From a virus, in IMG/VR virus record IMGVR_UViG_3300014773_000013: a DNA stretch of 64,000 nucleotides, one strand, 5' to 3'. Made by a program: the position numbers and the translations under genes. Below the pieces are notes generated by a model that saw nothing but the letters and a program-made list of their open reading frames with translations, had not been told where the DNA came from and searched no databases. Positions 54,931 to 64,000 of the stretch are shown one piece after another. Position 1 is the stretch's first letter. Every line of letters begins with the position of its first letter.

Positions 54931-56291
54931 TATTCGAACTCCGTTCGTTCAATTACCAATTCACGAAACTGCGTCAGCTCTTTGCGGAAGAAGAGGCTTA
55001 CCGTACCGGTGGCGCCGTGTCGATGCTTGGCAACAATCACATCAGCAATGTTGGCGCGGTCGGTATCCTCGATATAGTAATCCTCGCGATAGATGAACAT
55101 TACCACGTCGCTATTTTGTTCAATGGCGCCGGACTCGCGCAGATCCGACAACATAGGACGCTTATCACTGCGAGACTCAACCGCCCGGCTCAGTTGGCTC
55201 AGTGCCAATACCGGTACGTTTAACTCTCTCGCCAACGCCTTCAACGACGCACTGATGGCGCTTACCTCCTGCTCCCGGTTTTCATTTTTTTTGCCTGGTA
55301 TGCCTGCCATCAATTGCATGTAATCGACGATGATCATGTCAATACCACCCTCGACGGCCATACGTCGGCACTCCGAACGAATGTGCGCAATGCTCACTGC
55401 GCCGGTGTCATCGATATACAATGGCAACTGTGACAACTCGTTGGCTGCTTCCATCAGCAGCGCCCAGTCGTTTTCGTGAATGTTTCCTGTTCGCAGTTGG
55501 TGGCTATCAATGCCGCTTGACTGTGATAGTAGGCGCTGTACAAATTGTTCGTCGGACATTTCTAGGCTGAAAATGGCAACGCGCTTGTTGTGGCGCTTGG
55601 CTGCACTATGCGCCATGGTGAAGGCGAGCGCGGATTTCCCGATCCCTGGACGCGCGGCCAACACAACCAAGTCGCTTTTCTGAAAGCCGCCCAGAATGCG
55701 ATCAAGCATGGCAAAGCCTGTTGGCACACCCATGAGTTCGCCCGGATTGCTGGCCAGGTAGTTGATTTTGTCCACAACGCGCTTGGTAGCGTCTCGCACT
55801 TGGCGTAGCCCTTTGCGAATGGTTGTCTCGCCAGCCGCCAATGCCAGCGCTTGCACCTCGTCCATAATGCCGCCGATCTCCTGCTCATTGTCGTAGGCGA
55901 GTTGCGCAATTTTGCCCGCTACCGAAATCAAGTGGCGCCGCCGTGCCATCTCCTGCACAATTTTGGCGTAGTGCTCTGCATAGAAGCTTGTTGGCGATAC
56001 CGACAGTAGGTTCGTCAGCGCCGCCGGCCCGCCCAAATCGGCAAGCTTGCCCTGGCGCTCAAGTTCCATCTGCAACGTCACGAAGTCTACAGGCTCGTGT
56101 CGTGCGTGCAAGTCCAGCATAGACTGAAACACCCAGCCGTAACGCTCCCGGAAAAAGTCGCTTGGCTTGAGGATCGCCGCCACCTTGCCAAGCACGTCGT
56201 TGTCGATCAGGATAGAACCAAGTACCGCTTGCTCTGCACTAACGTTGGCCGGTATTTGTGGCTCAGTGCTGAAGTTGGAATTGTTTGACAT
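54930..56291 (-). CDS. dnaB: Replicative DNA helicase
   Basis: [39 protein letters not shown] and [11 protein letters not shown] motifs. Confidence 0.97.
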   Translation of the reverse strand: MSNNSNFSTEPQIPANVSAEQAVLGSILIDNDVLGKVAAILKPSDFFRERYGWVFQSMLDLHARHEPVDFVTLQMELERQGKLADLGGPAALTNLLSVSPTSFYAEHYAKIVQEMARRRHLISVAGKIAQLAYDNEQEIGGIMDEVQALALAAGETTIRKGLRQVRDATKRVVDKINYLASNPGELMGVPTGFAMLDRILGGFQKSDLVVLAARPGIGKSALAFTMAHSAAKRHNKRVAIFSLEMSDEQFVQRLLSQSSGIDSHQLRTGNIHENDWALLMEAANELSQLPLYIDDTGAVSIAHIRSECRRMAVEGGIDMIIVDYMQLMAGIPGKKNENREQEVSAISASLKALARELNVPVLALSQLSRAVESRSDKRPMLSDLRESGAIEQNSDVVMFIYREDYYIEDTDRANIADVIVAKHRHGATGTVSLFFRKELTQFRELVIERTEFE

Positions 56292-57459
56292 AATCGTTAT
56301 ATCCCTTTTCTAATTCTGCTTTGGGCACACCTATAAAGGTTGGGTTGTCAGCATTGTAGGTACGAAGTAGCCAACTTTTGTAATTTAACTTGGTAGGCTT
56401 TGCCGCGCTTGGCGGCTTGTCTTTTCGTGTGCAAGTGACTTTACCCGAAGCCATCAGGCTTGCATGTTCCTTCAACTGTTCCGACGTAGGCAGGCTGTCG
56501 CCGCGCCAATCGTTATCCCGCCATGACTTGAAGATCGCCGCTATGCCATCGGGCGTCCTGAACTGTTCTGATATACCCATAACGAGAAGCGCCAGTTCCT
56601 GCGCATAGTTCAGCGTTCGTTCGTCGCCCGCGTCTGCCAATGGCTTTTTGCCGAAACCATCAAGTAGCGCATCGACAAGCAATCGAAATTCGGGCGCATC
56701 GACACCAAGCTTTTTGGCTTCTATAACGTATTCGACAACCCGCGTTCGTTGCGAAGTCTTGGCACGTGGATCAGGTAGTCCGGGGAGATAGTCGCCATTC
56801 GTTGAAGAGGGAGAGGCAACAGCCCCATTTGACGCTGGTTCGCCCGCGCGCGTACTCTCTCTTTTAGTTATATTTAATTTAGTTAAGTTAAGTTCTATTG
56901 TATCTTCACCTAATGATTCACCTGAATATTCACCTGAATCATCGGTGTTTTCTTCGGTGTCTACAGGTGTATTATCGATTCGTGGCGGTGGTGGCGGTGT
57001 TCTGTTCCTTGGCAACGGGCGCCCGTCCTGATCGCAGGTATCGTCAATCGGATCGCCATTTACCTTTGTCCAGTTGCAGGTAACAATCACGCCTTTGGTT
57101 AATGTGCGTCGAATCTTGTCGCACCATCCGTCCGGTCGTGGATACGGTGAAGGCTGCGCGTATTGCAGGCTTTGGTATTTCCACCAGTTTTTGAGTTGGA
57201 CGTATTGCCGCCGCTCGGACTCATACAGAATGATCGTGTCATTGTCTGCCATAAGGGTAAGCCATTGCTGTATCTGCGCTGGCGTAACGTCTTCATCGTA
57301 GGGAAAAATCTGATTACGTAGATAGACAGGATTCGCTTTCATGCGCCCCTGATCATCTGCGTGGTTGATAATGCCTAACTGCAACAGCCGCGCGCCCATC
57401 GGCATTTCGGCAAATCGTTCGTTGGACCAAATCGAATCATCGATCATTCTGCGCGCCAT
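56263..57459 (-). CDS. Phage replication initiator
   Basis: [21 protein letters not shown]-domain; upstream of dnaB; contains internal repeats. Confidence 0.8.
   Translation of the reverse strand: MARRMIDDSIWSNERFAEMPMGARLLQLGIINHADDQGRMKANPVYLRNQIFPYDEDVTPAQIQQWLTLMADNDTIILYESERRQYVQLKNWWKYQSLQYAQPSPYPRPDGWCDKIRRTLTKGVIVTCNWTKVNGDPIDDTCDQDGRPLPRNRTPPPPPRIDNTPVDTEENTDDSGEYSGESLGEDTIELNLTKLNITKRESTRAGEPASNGAVASPSSTNGDYLPGLPDPRAKTSQRTRVVEYVIEAKKLGVDAPEFRLLVDALLDGFGKKPLADAGDERTLNYAQELALLVMGISEQFRTPDGIAAIFKSWRDNDWRGDSLPTSEQLKEHASLMASGKVTCTRKDKPPSAAKPTKLNYKSWLLRTYNADNPTFIGVPKAELEKGYNDYVKQFQLQH
56861..56943. other. Candidate replication origin
   Basis: TTCACCT at 56905, 56917 and 56929 (12-bp period) next to an AT-rich tract, inside the initiator gene. 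Confidence 0.6.
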
Positions 57460-57532
57460 CGTTGTACCTCTTTTGGATCAATAACCATTACACACTCCGC
57501 TTTCGGCTAGGCGGCAATGTCGGCTTCTGTAT

Positions 57533-57793
57533 TCAATCGAAAATAGTTTGCTTCTTGGTGTGCGAGTACTTCAGCTTGATATGCTGCGCCAGTGCCAACA
57601 AGCGCAGCGCTTCGTCCAAGTCGGCGCCCGAAAACTGTGTCTGCAAGGCAGCCGGTGTCAGTGACGTGATGTCACCTTTGGCGCCGGCCACCTTGCGCAG
57701 TTGCTGTCCTATGCGTGTGGACATGCGCAGCGCATAGTAAGCATGTATGCGTGCGTAGGTATGGCGACATGCGTCAGGCTGTGGACGGTTCAT
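57533..57793 (-). CDS. Hypothetical protein
   Basis: RBS GAAAGAAG; 86 aa. Confidence 0.55.
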   Translation of the reverse strand: MNRPQPDACRHTYARIHAYYALRMSTRIGQQLRKVAGAKGDITSLTPAALQTQFSGADLDEALRLLALAQHIKLKYSHTKKQTIFD

Positions 57794-58418
57794 GGGCTTC
57801 TTTCATGAAGGCGTCTACGCATTCCATGAGCCAGTCCTTGTCAACCCGGTAGGCCAGGTAACGCCCCGCGGCAACGGGGTCGGTTGGCAACTGAAAGTGA
57901 CGCTTCTGAAAACCAGCTTCCACCGCCGCCGCCGCTGGTTTTATTTCGCCAGATAAAACCTTTGCGTGCAGATCTGGATACTGCTTTGCTAGTCTGCGCA
58001 TTGTCGCTGCCGTGGAAGTTCCGGTTGGCGATTTTCGCTTCTCCTCAAAACAAATGTTTATATTATTATCATTTGTTTTGAGGGCATTGTGATTGCCCGA
58101 TGGGGCGCCCGGCTTGCCGCCAACCTCAGATGAAATCAGGCTTACCGCTTCCATGTCTTCGTAGTCTGTACAAATGCGAATCAGCAAATTAACATTGGCC
58201 TTTAATCCTTCAGGCGGATCCGCTTCGACAAATTCACGAAAGGACTTGAAGGTGATAACCTGTTTGGTCTGAGTAACAAAACGCTCTCGCCACATCTGTT
58301 CTGCGATGACCTTTTTTAGGAGGCTTGGGACGTTGGCGAGGGCATTACCGCTAGACAGTGATCTAGCCAGGGAATTGACGTAGGTATCCCTGAGGCGTAA
58401 ATTCTCTCCATGTTCCAT
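57774..58418 (-). CDS. Hypothetical, probably DNA-binding protein
   Basis: GGKPGAPSGNHNA and GTSTAATMRRLAKQYPDL...AAVEAGF motifs. Confidence 0.7.
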   Translation of the reverse strand: MEHGENLRLRDTYVNSLARSLSSGNALANVPSLLKKVIAEQMWRERFVTQTKQVITFKSFREFVEADPPEGLKANVNLLIRICTDYEDMEAVSLISSEVGGKPGAPSGNHNALKTNDNNINICFEEKRKSPTGTSTAATMRRLAKQYPDLHAKVLSGEIKPAAAAVEAGFQKRHFQLPTDPVAAGRYLAYRVDKDWLMECVDAFMKEAHEPSTA

Positions 58419-60372
58419 TGTCGCAAGCCTTTCTCCACGCTATAAGTATTTCAATTCGCTTCTTTAATTGCTCAAGCTCACATGCTTTTATGCTGATGAC
58501 ACCTTGAGACTGATTCAATAGCCGGTTGATGCTTTCGTAGGAGAGTACGCCATTGGTTGCCTCCACGATGGGTCTAAGAAGCTTTTTGGCCACTTCCCTG
58601 TATTCATCCTTCTGTTTCTCTAACGGCTTTGCCTGTCTCTTGGTAGTACCGTTGTTGCCGTTCGTCACCGTGTGGTGGCTCACCTTGTCTAACTTGCGCG
58701 TTAGTTTGGCCGTATAGATAACGAGTTTGTCCGTTGGCTGTTCGCCCATGTCGATCACGACTCCCCTGGCGGTCGATATTTCGGCGGCGGTAAGAACGTA
58801 TTCATCAGCGATGACAGCATCTTTAAATCCATTGTTGGAAACGAACTGGATAGATGAGCGGACTGTGTCTTCTGCATCTTCTGGGTAGCGCTTTTTTAGT
58901 TCTTCCAGAAGTTCTTCTATTGCGTCAAGGTCGTCAATGACGTGGTGCCTTTCCTTCTTGACGGATTCGGCGTATGTTGTAAGCGGCTCTATTTTGGGTA
59001 TATACAAGGTGGCGTCCTGTCCCTCGACCCCATCTTTGTCCATACGTAGGATTCGTCCTAGTCCCTGCCGGAAGAACATTTCAGTTTGAACATTGGTGGC
59101 CCACACGCCGACTCGCAACCGCTTTATATCAATGCCCTCACTAACCATTTTTACGGCAATGATCCAGGGGGATGTGCTGTTTCTGAATGCGTCAATCTTG
59201 GCGCTTGCTTCCGGATCCGGATCGCCATTCTCTAGTTTTGATGCCACAACGACCGGAGTAACGCCAAGCTCGTTTAGTATCCCCGCTATGGCCCAAGCAT
59301 GAGGTATGCCCTGCGCAAAAACGAGACCACCAGCCCGGGGATCCTCTGTTCGCATCTCCATCAATTTTCGGTTGGCGTCAATAAGCACATTCTTCAGCCA
59401 GTCACCTTTTGCATTGACTGCCATGCGCAGTCTTTGCCCGGCCTGCTTACTTGATAATTCAGCGGAAAATGACACTTCAACTAGGCTTCCGTCCTCATCA
59501 AACCAGCGTGCATCACCATCGAATGTCTGTATGTAGACAGGCCGAACAACCCCGTCCCGTAACGCCTCGCCATAGCCATACGAAAAGTCAGCCTTGCAGA
59601 TAAGCCCGTCACCGTCTGGTATGTATGTTATAAAAGGGATTCTATTACGGTCACTTCTGAATGGCGTACCGGTGATGAGAAGCCGACTAACGCAAGATTC
59701 AAGAGCGTCTTCCATCGCCACGCCCCAACGGTAGGACTCCGCTACATGGTGGATCTCGTCTACGATTGCCAGTGTTCTTTTGCCTTTGATGAGATTACCT
59801 ACCGCTTTTCGTCTTCCGTGTCTGGCGGCAATGGTGCCATAGGTTGTCACCATGCCGTGGTAGTCGCTGGCAAACGAATCGTCACCGTCAAATACTGACG
59901 CAAGTTCTATACCAAAATGAGTAGACGCTTCATCACGCCACTGCCGGCGTAGTTCATCAGTCGGAACAATAACAATAATGCGATCTATCGCCCCAGAGTT
60001 AAATAGTGTATAGGCAACGTAGAGAGCAAAGAATGTCTTCCCTGCCCCCGGGGTAGCATTGATGAGCACGTTGACAGCATCCTCCGCCCTGCGTCTCATA
60101 TATACGTCAAAAGCATCTGCCTGCCACTCTCTAAGCGGTAGATCCAATTCCTTAAGGGAACTGTATCTGTCCGATTTCAATCTGTTGCATTCACCGCAAA
60201 GAACTTGCCCATTTTCCAGCGACGTTTCACCGCCCCTACTAAATGGGACTACATGATCAGCATGAAAAACCCCATGCAATCCCATGTGGCAAATTTGGCA
60301 CTTCCCATTCGCCTTGTAGTACAAATCCCACCGCTCGTCCTCGGTAAAAAATCTTCTGTCCATAGTCGTCAT
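58363..60372 (-). CDS. HNH nuclease fused to SF2 (Res-like) helicase
   Basis: CQIC..HADHVVPFSRGGETSLENGQVLCGECN; LREWQ, ATPGAGKT, DEIHH, TGTPFRSD, EGID and QGLGRILR. Confidence 0.9.
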   Translation of the reverse strand: MTTMDRRFFTEDERWDLYYKANGKCQICHMGLHGVFHADHVVPFSRGGETSLENGQVLCGECNRLKSDRYSSLKELDLPLREWQADAFDVYMRRRAEDAVNVLINATPGAGKTFFALYVAYTLFNSGAIDRIIVIVPTDELRRQWRDEASTHFGIELASVFDGDDSFASDYHGMVTTYGTIAARHGRRKAVGNLIKGKRTLAIVDEIHHVAESYRWGVAMEDALESCVSRLLITGTPFRSDRNRIPFITYIPDGDGLICKADFSYGYGEALRDGVVRPVYIQTFDGDARWFDEDGSLVEVSFSAELSSKQAGQRLRMAVNAKGDWLKNVLIDANRKLMEMRTEDPRAGGLVFAQGIPHAWAIAGILNELGVTPVVVASKLENGDPDPEASAKIDAFRNSTSPWIIAVKMVSEGIDIKRLRVGVWATNVQTEMFFRQGLGRILRMDKDGVEGQDATLYIPKIEPLTTYAESVKKERHHVIDDLDAIEELLEELKKRYPEDAEDTVRSSIQFVSNNGFKDAVIADEYVLTAAEISTARGVVIDMGEQPTDKLVIYTAKLTRKLDKVSHHTVTNGNNGTTKRQAKPLEKQKDEYREVAKKLLRPIVEATNGVLSYESINRLLNQSQGVISIKACELEQLKKRIEILIAWRKACDNGTWREFTPQGYLRQFPG

Positions 60373-60878
60373 GCGGTTGCCTTGTCTTTCTCTGGTTGTG
60401 GAAACTGAACAGATGCGCGCCGAATGTGCGCATTATCAATAAGCCATCGAATCACATCAGCGCGCGTCGATAAGCCTAGTGCAATCTTTTGCTCGTCCAA
60501 GCGCGCTATAAGGGTTGGAGTCATCCGAACTGGGATTGCTGTTATAGAATCGATTTGACTGTTTGTTTCCATTTTCGCGGTACCAGTGCCACCGCGCCCC
60601 ATGTTGCCGTTCACCAGATCGCAGCCGTTATCAATCATCCTCTTGATCCAAGACTTCTCTTCCTGGAAACAGTCTTCGCTATCTACTTCAGCAAGGATTT
60701 TCACTTCAGGTTTAAGAGAAAGAGACTTGAGTGATTCAATCCATTCTCCCTTTCGCCTGGAACCGCCGCTATCGTTCATGTGTTGAAAAAATCTGACATG
60801 TGGGTGGTCGGACTTGCCCACATAGCGAATGGCGCCATCGCGTGGATCGATAAGCGCGTAGATATAGGTAGTCGTCAT
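60369..60878 (-). CDS. GIY-YIG endonuclease with C-terminal RHH copy
   Basis: YIYALIDPR..RYVGKS..R..H..E..WI..N; the C-terminus is paralogous to the upstream gene. Confidence 0.85.
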   Translation of the reverse strand: MTTTYIYALIDPRDGAIRYVGKSDHPHVRFFQHMNDSGGSRRKGEWIESLKSLSLKPEVKILAEVDSEDCFQEEKSWIKRMIDNGCDLVNGNMGRGGTGTAKMETNSQIDSITAIPVRMTPTLIARLDEQKIALGLSTRADVIRWLIDNAHIRRASVQFPQPEKDKATA

Positions 60879-61081
60879 GCTGGCACCTTCTCTTCCGGCT
60901 GAATAAAGCGCACGCTGGCAGGCTTTACATAAGCGGTTTTGATAAGGCGCTTAATCACTTGGCTTCGGTTGCTGAAACCCAAGAACGCCTGTAGTTCATC
61001 TAGCGCGTCCCATTCATCCTCGGTCAATCGCACCGACAGCGGCGCACGTTCCGTTACCTGCTTTTCGAGTGTCAAATCCAT
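60875..61081 (-). CDS. CopG/RHH-family regulator
   Basis: LSVRLTEDEWDALDEL..LGFSNRSQVIKRLI; RBS AGGAGG. Confidence 0.85.
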   Translation of the reverse strand: MDLTLEKQVTERAPLSVRLTEDEWDALDELQAFLGFSNRSQVIKRLIKTAYVKPASVRFIQPEEKVPA

Positions 61082-61120
61082 ATTGCCTCCTAAAATGTCC
61101 TATAAGTTACGATAATACTA

Positions 61121-61209
61121 AGTATGACACACTTTTAGGCGAAAGTCAAGCATGAATTATCGTCAAAGGATAATTCGCACTTGACAGTTATGGAAATATG
61201 TAGTACACT
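61121..61209. promoter_or_regulatory. Divergent promoter pair
   Basis: Minus strand TTGACT-17-CATACT (61149-61121); plus strand TTGACA-17-TACACT (61181-61209). Confidence 0.7.
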
Positions 61210-61253
61210 GCAATACATAGTTACTAATTATCTTTTCAGGAACGGAGGCAATC

Positions 61254-61535
61254 ATGAGCGAATATGTTAAATGGGGCGTGGGCTGCCCGGCTTGCGCTTT
61301 TACTGGTGATGAATACGCGGGCGGTTGGACTGGCAGGCCATGCCCGCACTGTCTCAGGGATGATCCGGTTGAGCCTGACAGCGACGATGACGACGAGCCA
61401 GCGCCACCTTGCACGAAGTGCGGGAAGATTATCGAAGGATGGGCGCATCGTGACGGCGAGGGTAATTGGTACTGTGACGAATGCTGCAACATAGCGAACT
61501 GGAACGAGCTAGTTGACGGAAAGATTCCATTCTAG
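61254..61535 (+). CDS. Small Zn-finger protein
   Basis: Four CxxC pairs; RBS GGAGG. Confidence 0.7.
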   Translation: MSEYVKWGVGCPACAFTGDEYAGGWTGRPCPHCLRDDPVEPDSDDDDEPAPPCTKCGKIIEGWAHRDGEGNWYCDECCNIANWNELVDGKIPF

Positions 61536-61546
61536 GAAAAGTAACA

Positions 61547-61729
61547 ATGAACAAACGTTACGACTTTTTCGACGACACCGGCGCTTGGCTGGACTCCTGC
61601 GAAGCGAGCCAACTCGCTTGGATGACAGCGCTACTGACAACGCTGTTCGGCGCGGTGACGGTGGTCGAGAGAGACGCGGTAGCGATGATGCCGGCGCTGG
61701 CTTTTGGTGAATGGCTGGCGACGGTTTAA
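61547..61729 (+). CDS. Hypothetical protein
   Basis: RBS AGGA; 60 aa. Confidence 0.55.
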   Translation: MNKRYDFFDDTGAWLDSCEASQLAWMTALLTTLFGAVTVVERDAVAMMPALAFGEWLATV

Positions 61730-61758
61730 TTTTTGTTGAATTGAAAGGACACTTTGAA

Positions 61759-62634
61759 ATGACGAACGCAATTGTGAAGGCAGAACCGATGAACCTGGAC
61801 GACTTACAGCGCACAGCCAAACTGCTGGCGATGTCAGGTTATTTCGAGGCAAAAGGCAACAGTGACACGGCGATTGCGCAGATCGCCACCAAGATTTTGG
61901 CGGGCGCCGAGTTGGGCTATGGTCCGTTCGCCGCCGTCAACGGCTTGCATATCATTCAAGGCAAGCCGACGATCAGCGCCAACCTAATGGCGGCAGCGGT
62001 GAAGGGACACCCGAACTATGATTACCGGGTGCGACAGTTAGACGATACGGGCGTATCGATTGAGTTTTTCGAGAGTGGCAAAAGCCTGGGTATTTCTACA
62101 TTCACGATTGAGGATGCGCGCAAGGCGAAGACGCAGAACACCGACAAATTCCCGCGCAACATGCTTTTTGCACGCGCCATGTCCAACGGTGTGCGTTGGT
62201 TTTGCCCCGATGTGTTTTCGGGTAACAGCGTCTACACGCCTGAGGAGTTTGACGTTGACGCCAATGCGGAACCTGTGCAAACGCTGCGTGTGGTTGATCC
62301 TGCTACTGGCGAAATCACCGAGCAGCGACCGGCGACCAACGGCGACAATCAGCAAGTGGTGGCAGAGTCAGTTCCGGCTATGGTTGCTGGTTGGATGGAA
62401 ACAGCGGACCCGGCAAGCGCGGCGAAGGCGTGGGCAGTCGAAAGCGGTTCGTGCAATGTGCCGACTCATGCCAAAAATGCTTTGCAAAAAATTGTCACTG
62501 AAGAGTTTGCCGGTGTCTTCAAAAAGTCAAACATGGCGCAGGTGCTGACAGCTTTCTACAACGACCGGTTGGAAAAGATACATCAGGCGGTGGAACCCGT
62601 CACCGTCGAGTCAGCCGAACCCGTCGCAGCGTAG
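61759..62634 (+). CDS. RecT-like single-strand annealing protein
   Basis: KILAGAELGYGP..IIQGKPTISA..PRNMLFARAMS..RWFCPDV; start MTNAIVK. Confidence 0.75.
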   Translation: MTNAIVKAEPMNLDDLQRTAKLLAMSGYFEAKGNSDTAIAQIATKILAGAELGYGPFAAVNGLHIIQGKPTISANLMAAAVKGHPNYDYRVRQLDDTGVSIEFFESGKSLGISTFTIEDARKAKTQNTDKFPRNMLFARAMSNGVRWFCPDVFSGNSVYTPEEFDVDANAEPVQTLRVVDPATGEITEQRPATNGDNQQVVAESVPAMVAGWMETADPASAAKAWAVESGSCNVPTHAKNALQKIVTEEFAGVFKKSNMAQVLTAFYNDRLEKIHQAVEPVTVESAEPVAA

Positions 62635-62759
62635 TGAGTCTATTGGCTACTGGCGTAGCGCAGCCGGCGCGCACATGTGGTCCAGCCGGGGACATGGCAA
62701 GTTGCCATTCTCATTGTATGCAAAGTTCCGCTTGCCAGTGGCCAAGTTAATGAGGTGAG

Positions 62760-63482
62760 ATGATGCAAATTGATTTACCGTATCCGCCTTCCTCCAATCG
62801 CTGCAATTACGGGGAATCGCCAGCCGTGATACCAGATCAGCCTGGTGTGTACATAATTCTCAATAAAGTTAATCAGCACATCTACGTTGGATCCACGGTT
62901 AAACTGCGCCGTCGATGGTATCAACATTCTTGGTCACTCGATAACAACAGCCATCATAACCCCCACTTGCAGAATGCTTGGAATAAGTATGGCAATCATA
63001 ACTTTTGTTTTATCGCCCTGGAGATAGTTGCCAGCAATGACATGATTTTGCCAACCGAGCAGAGGTGGATAGACGCCATTGATGCTGCCAATCGCACCGA
63101 TTGCTACAACTTTTGCGCGAAGGCTGGCAGCCACTTGGGGCGCAAGCGTAGTGAAGAGACGCGCCGCCGACTGTCCATTGCTAACATTGGAAAAAAGGCT
63201 AGTCCAGAAGCTAGACAAAAGCAGAGATTGGCCAAGCTGGGCAAAAAACAGGATCCGGAAGTTGCCAAGAGGAACGGTGACGCTCGAAGGGGGAAGCCGG
63301 TCAATAGGCCGTCAGGAATAATCAATCACAATCTGCGAAAGTTTACGCCGGAACAGGTGCGAGAGATAAGGCGCAAAAAGGCGGAAGGGGTTTCGTACTC
63401 GACCCTTTGTGCTGAGTATGGTTCTTCCGTTGGCCCTATCCAACGCATTGTTAACAGAGAGGCTTATAAGGACATCGTATGA
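62760..63482 (+). CDS. GIY-YIG homing endonuclease with NUMOD3-like repeats and a RusA-like N-terminal 14 aa
   Basis: GVYIILNKVNQHIYVGST..R..H..HHNPHLQNAWNKYG; LGRKRSEETRRRLS repeats. Confidence 0.92.
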   Translation: MMQIDLPYPPSSNRCNYGESPAVIPDQPGVYIILNKVNQHIYVGSTVKLRRRWYQHSWSLDNNSHHNPHLQNAWNKYGNHNFCFIALEIVASNDMILPTEQRWIDAIDAANRTDCYNFCAKAGSHLGRKRSEETRRRLSIANIGKKASPEARQKQRLAKLGKKQDPEVAKRNGDARRGKPVNRPSGIINHNLRKFTPEQVREIRRKKAEGVSYSTLCAEYGSSVGPIQRIVNREAYKDIV

Positions 63483-63826
63483 TAACTATCGAATTACCAT
63501 ACCCGATTTCATCAAATAGATATTGGAGGATGTATCGTGGCCGAATGGTTGTCAGTGAAGAGGCGCAATCCTACAAGAAGTCAGTCGGACTTATCGCCAA
63601 CGTCGCCGGTCTACATCCGGTAGATGGTGAGCTTTGCGTAACTCTCCACATTCGCCGCCCCGCCAAGCGCCGCGACCTCGACAACCATGTAAAAGTTTTG
63701 TTTGACTCACTGCAAGGCTACGCATACAACAATGACAGCCAGATCCGTGAGCTGCATATCACGATGGCCGACGACAAGCGCAACCCCGGTGTTACCGTGA
63801 ATGTTAGTCAGTTTTGTTCACCGTGA
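63479..63826 (+). CDS. rusA: RusA-family Holliday junction resolvase
   Basis: LPYPISSNRYWR, RRDLDNHVKVLFDSL and NDSQI motifs. Confidence 0.92.
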   Translation: MITIELPYPISSNRYWRMYRGRMVVSEEAQSYKKSVGLIANVAGLHPVDGELCVTLHIRRPAKRRDLDNHVKVLFDSLQGYAYNNDSQIRELHITMADDKRNPGVTVNVSQFCSP

Positions 63827-64000
63827 AAAGGTCACTAATCGTTACAGGCATCCCCTCGGACTCAAAGAAAGCGATGATACCAGCGAGGGTTGAATACTTG
63901 ATAAAGCTTTTTTCGTTTGGCTCATTCAAAAATAGAGACTGGGCCGCCTGTCGTGACATCCCTAACGATGTACCAACATATTGCCAGGAGTAAACTTTTC
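63804..64000 (-). CDS. Partial XRE-like HTH protein (5' end outside the window)
   Basis: Manual translation ...YSWQYVGTSLGMSRQAAQSLF...IKYSTLAGIIAFFESEGMPVTISDLFTVNKTD*. Confidence 0.55.
   Translation of the reverse strand, partial: KVYSWQYVGTSLGMSRQAAQSLFLNEPNEKSFIKYSTLAGIIAFFESEGMPVTISDLFTVNKTD

Noticed and set aside
62800..63480. Group I intron or intein in rusA
   Set aside because: The RusA N-terminus is present twice, the ORF fills the insert and ends in a stop, and there is no room for a ribozyme core or intein end motifs.
1..64000. Integrase, att site, tnpA, tRNA or rRNA genes, alternative genetic code
   Set aside because: None recognisable by eye. Genes tile well with standard stop codons. 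Lifestyle cannot be fixed from this window.

Overview
The window is 64 kb of a siphovirus-type tailed phage or prophage. No integrase or att site is visible. A Chloroflexota (Caldilineaceae-like) host is inferred from a YLPIV-type motif and the general protein style. The minus-strand late region (about 32950 to 1) runs: lysis cassette (GH-A-like+M23 enzyme, GH108 lysozyme, membrane proteins and an unexpected membrane-anchored CHAT/caspase-like protease), accessory structural genes, ParB-DNA methyltransferase, terminases, portal, head and tail genes. The tail module has a -1 frameshifted chaperone, a tape measure gene and a tail fibre. The right half holds early, accessory and replication genes (Dam-like MTase, DnaB, replication initiator with iteron-like origin, HNH-SF2 helicase, RecT-like protein, RusA). 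Highlights: (1) an intact non-autonomous IscB-omegaRNA element (35243-36829) sits exactly between an RBS and its ATG and supplies a replacement RBS. (2) An 8131-bp tandem duplication has a junction that joins TTCAT to the base after an internal TGAC, the same two motifs that bound the IscB element. This points to Y1-transposase-mediated rearrangement and yields a second omegaRNA and an in-frame chimeric gene. (3) Two free-standing GIY-YIG genes carry diverged copies of the gene segment they interrupt, and an HNH-like cassette may do the same. (4) A cluster of membrane and membrane-anchored DNA-binding proteins lies back-to-back with an operator-controlled two-gene cassette. All functional calls come from reading motifs and synteny; no searches were run.
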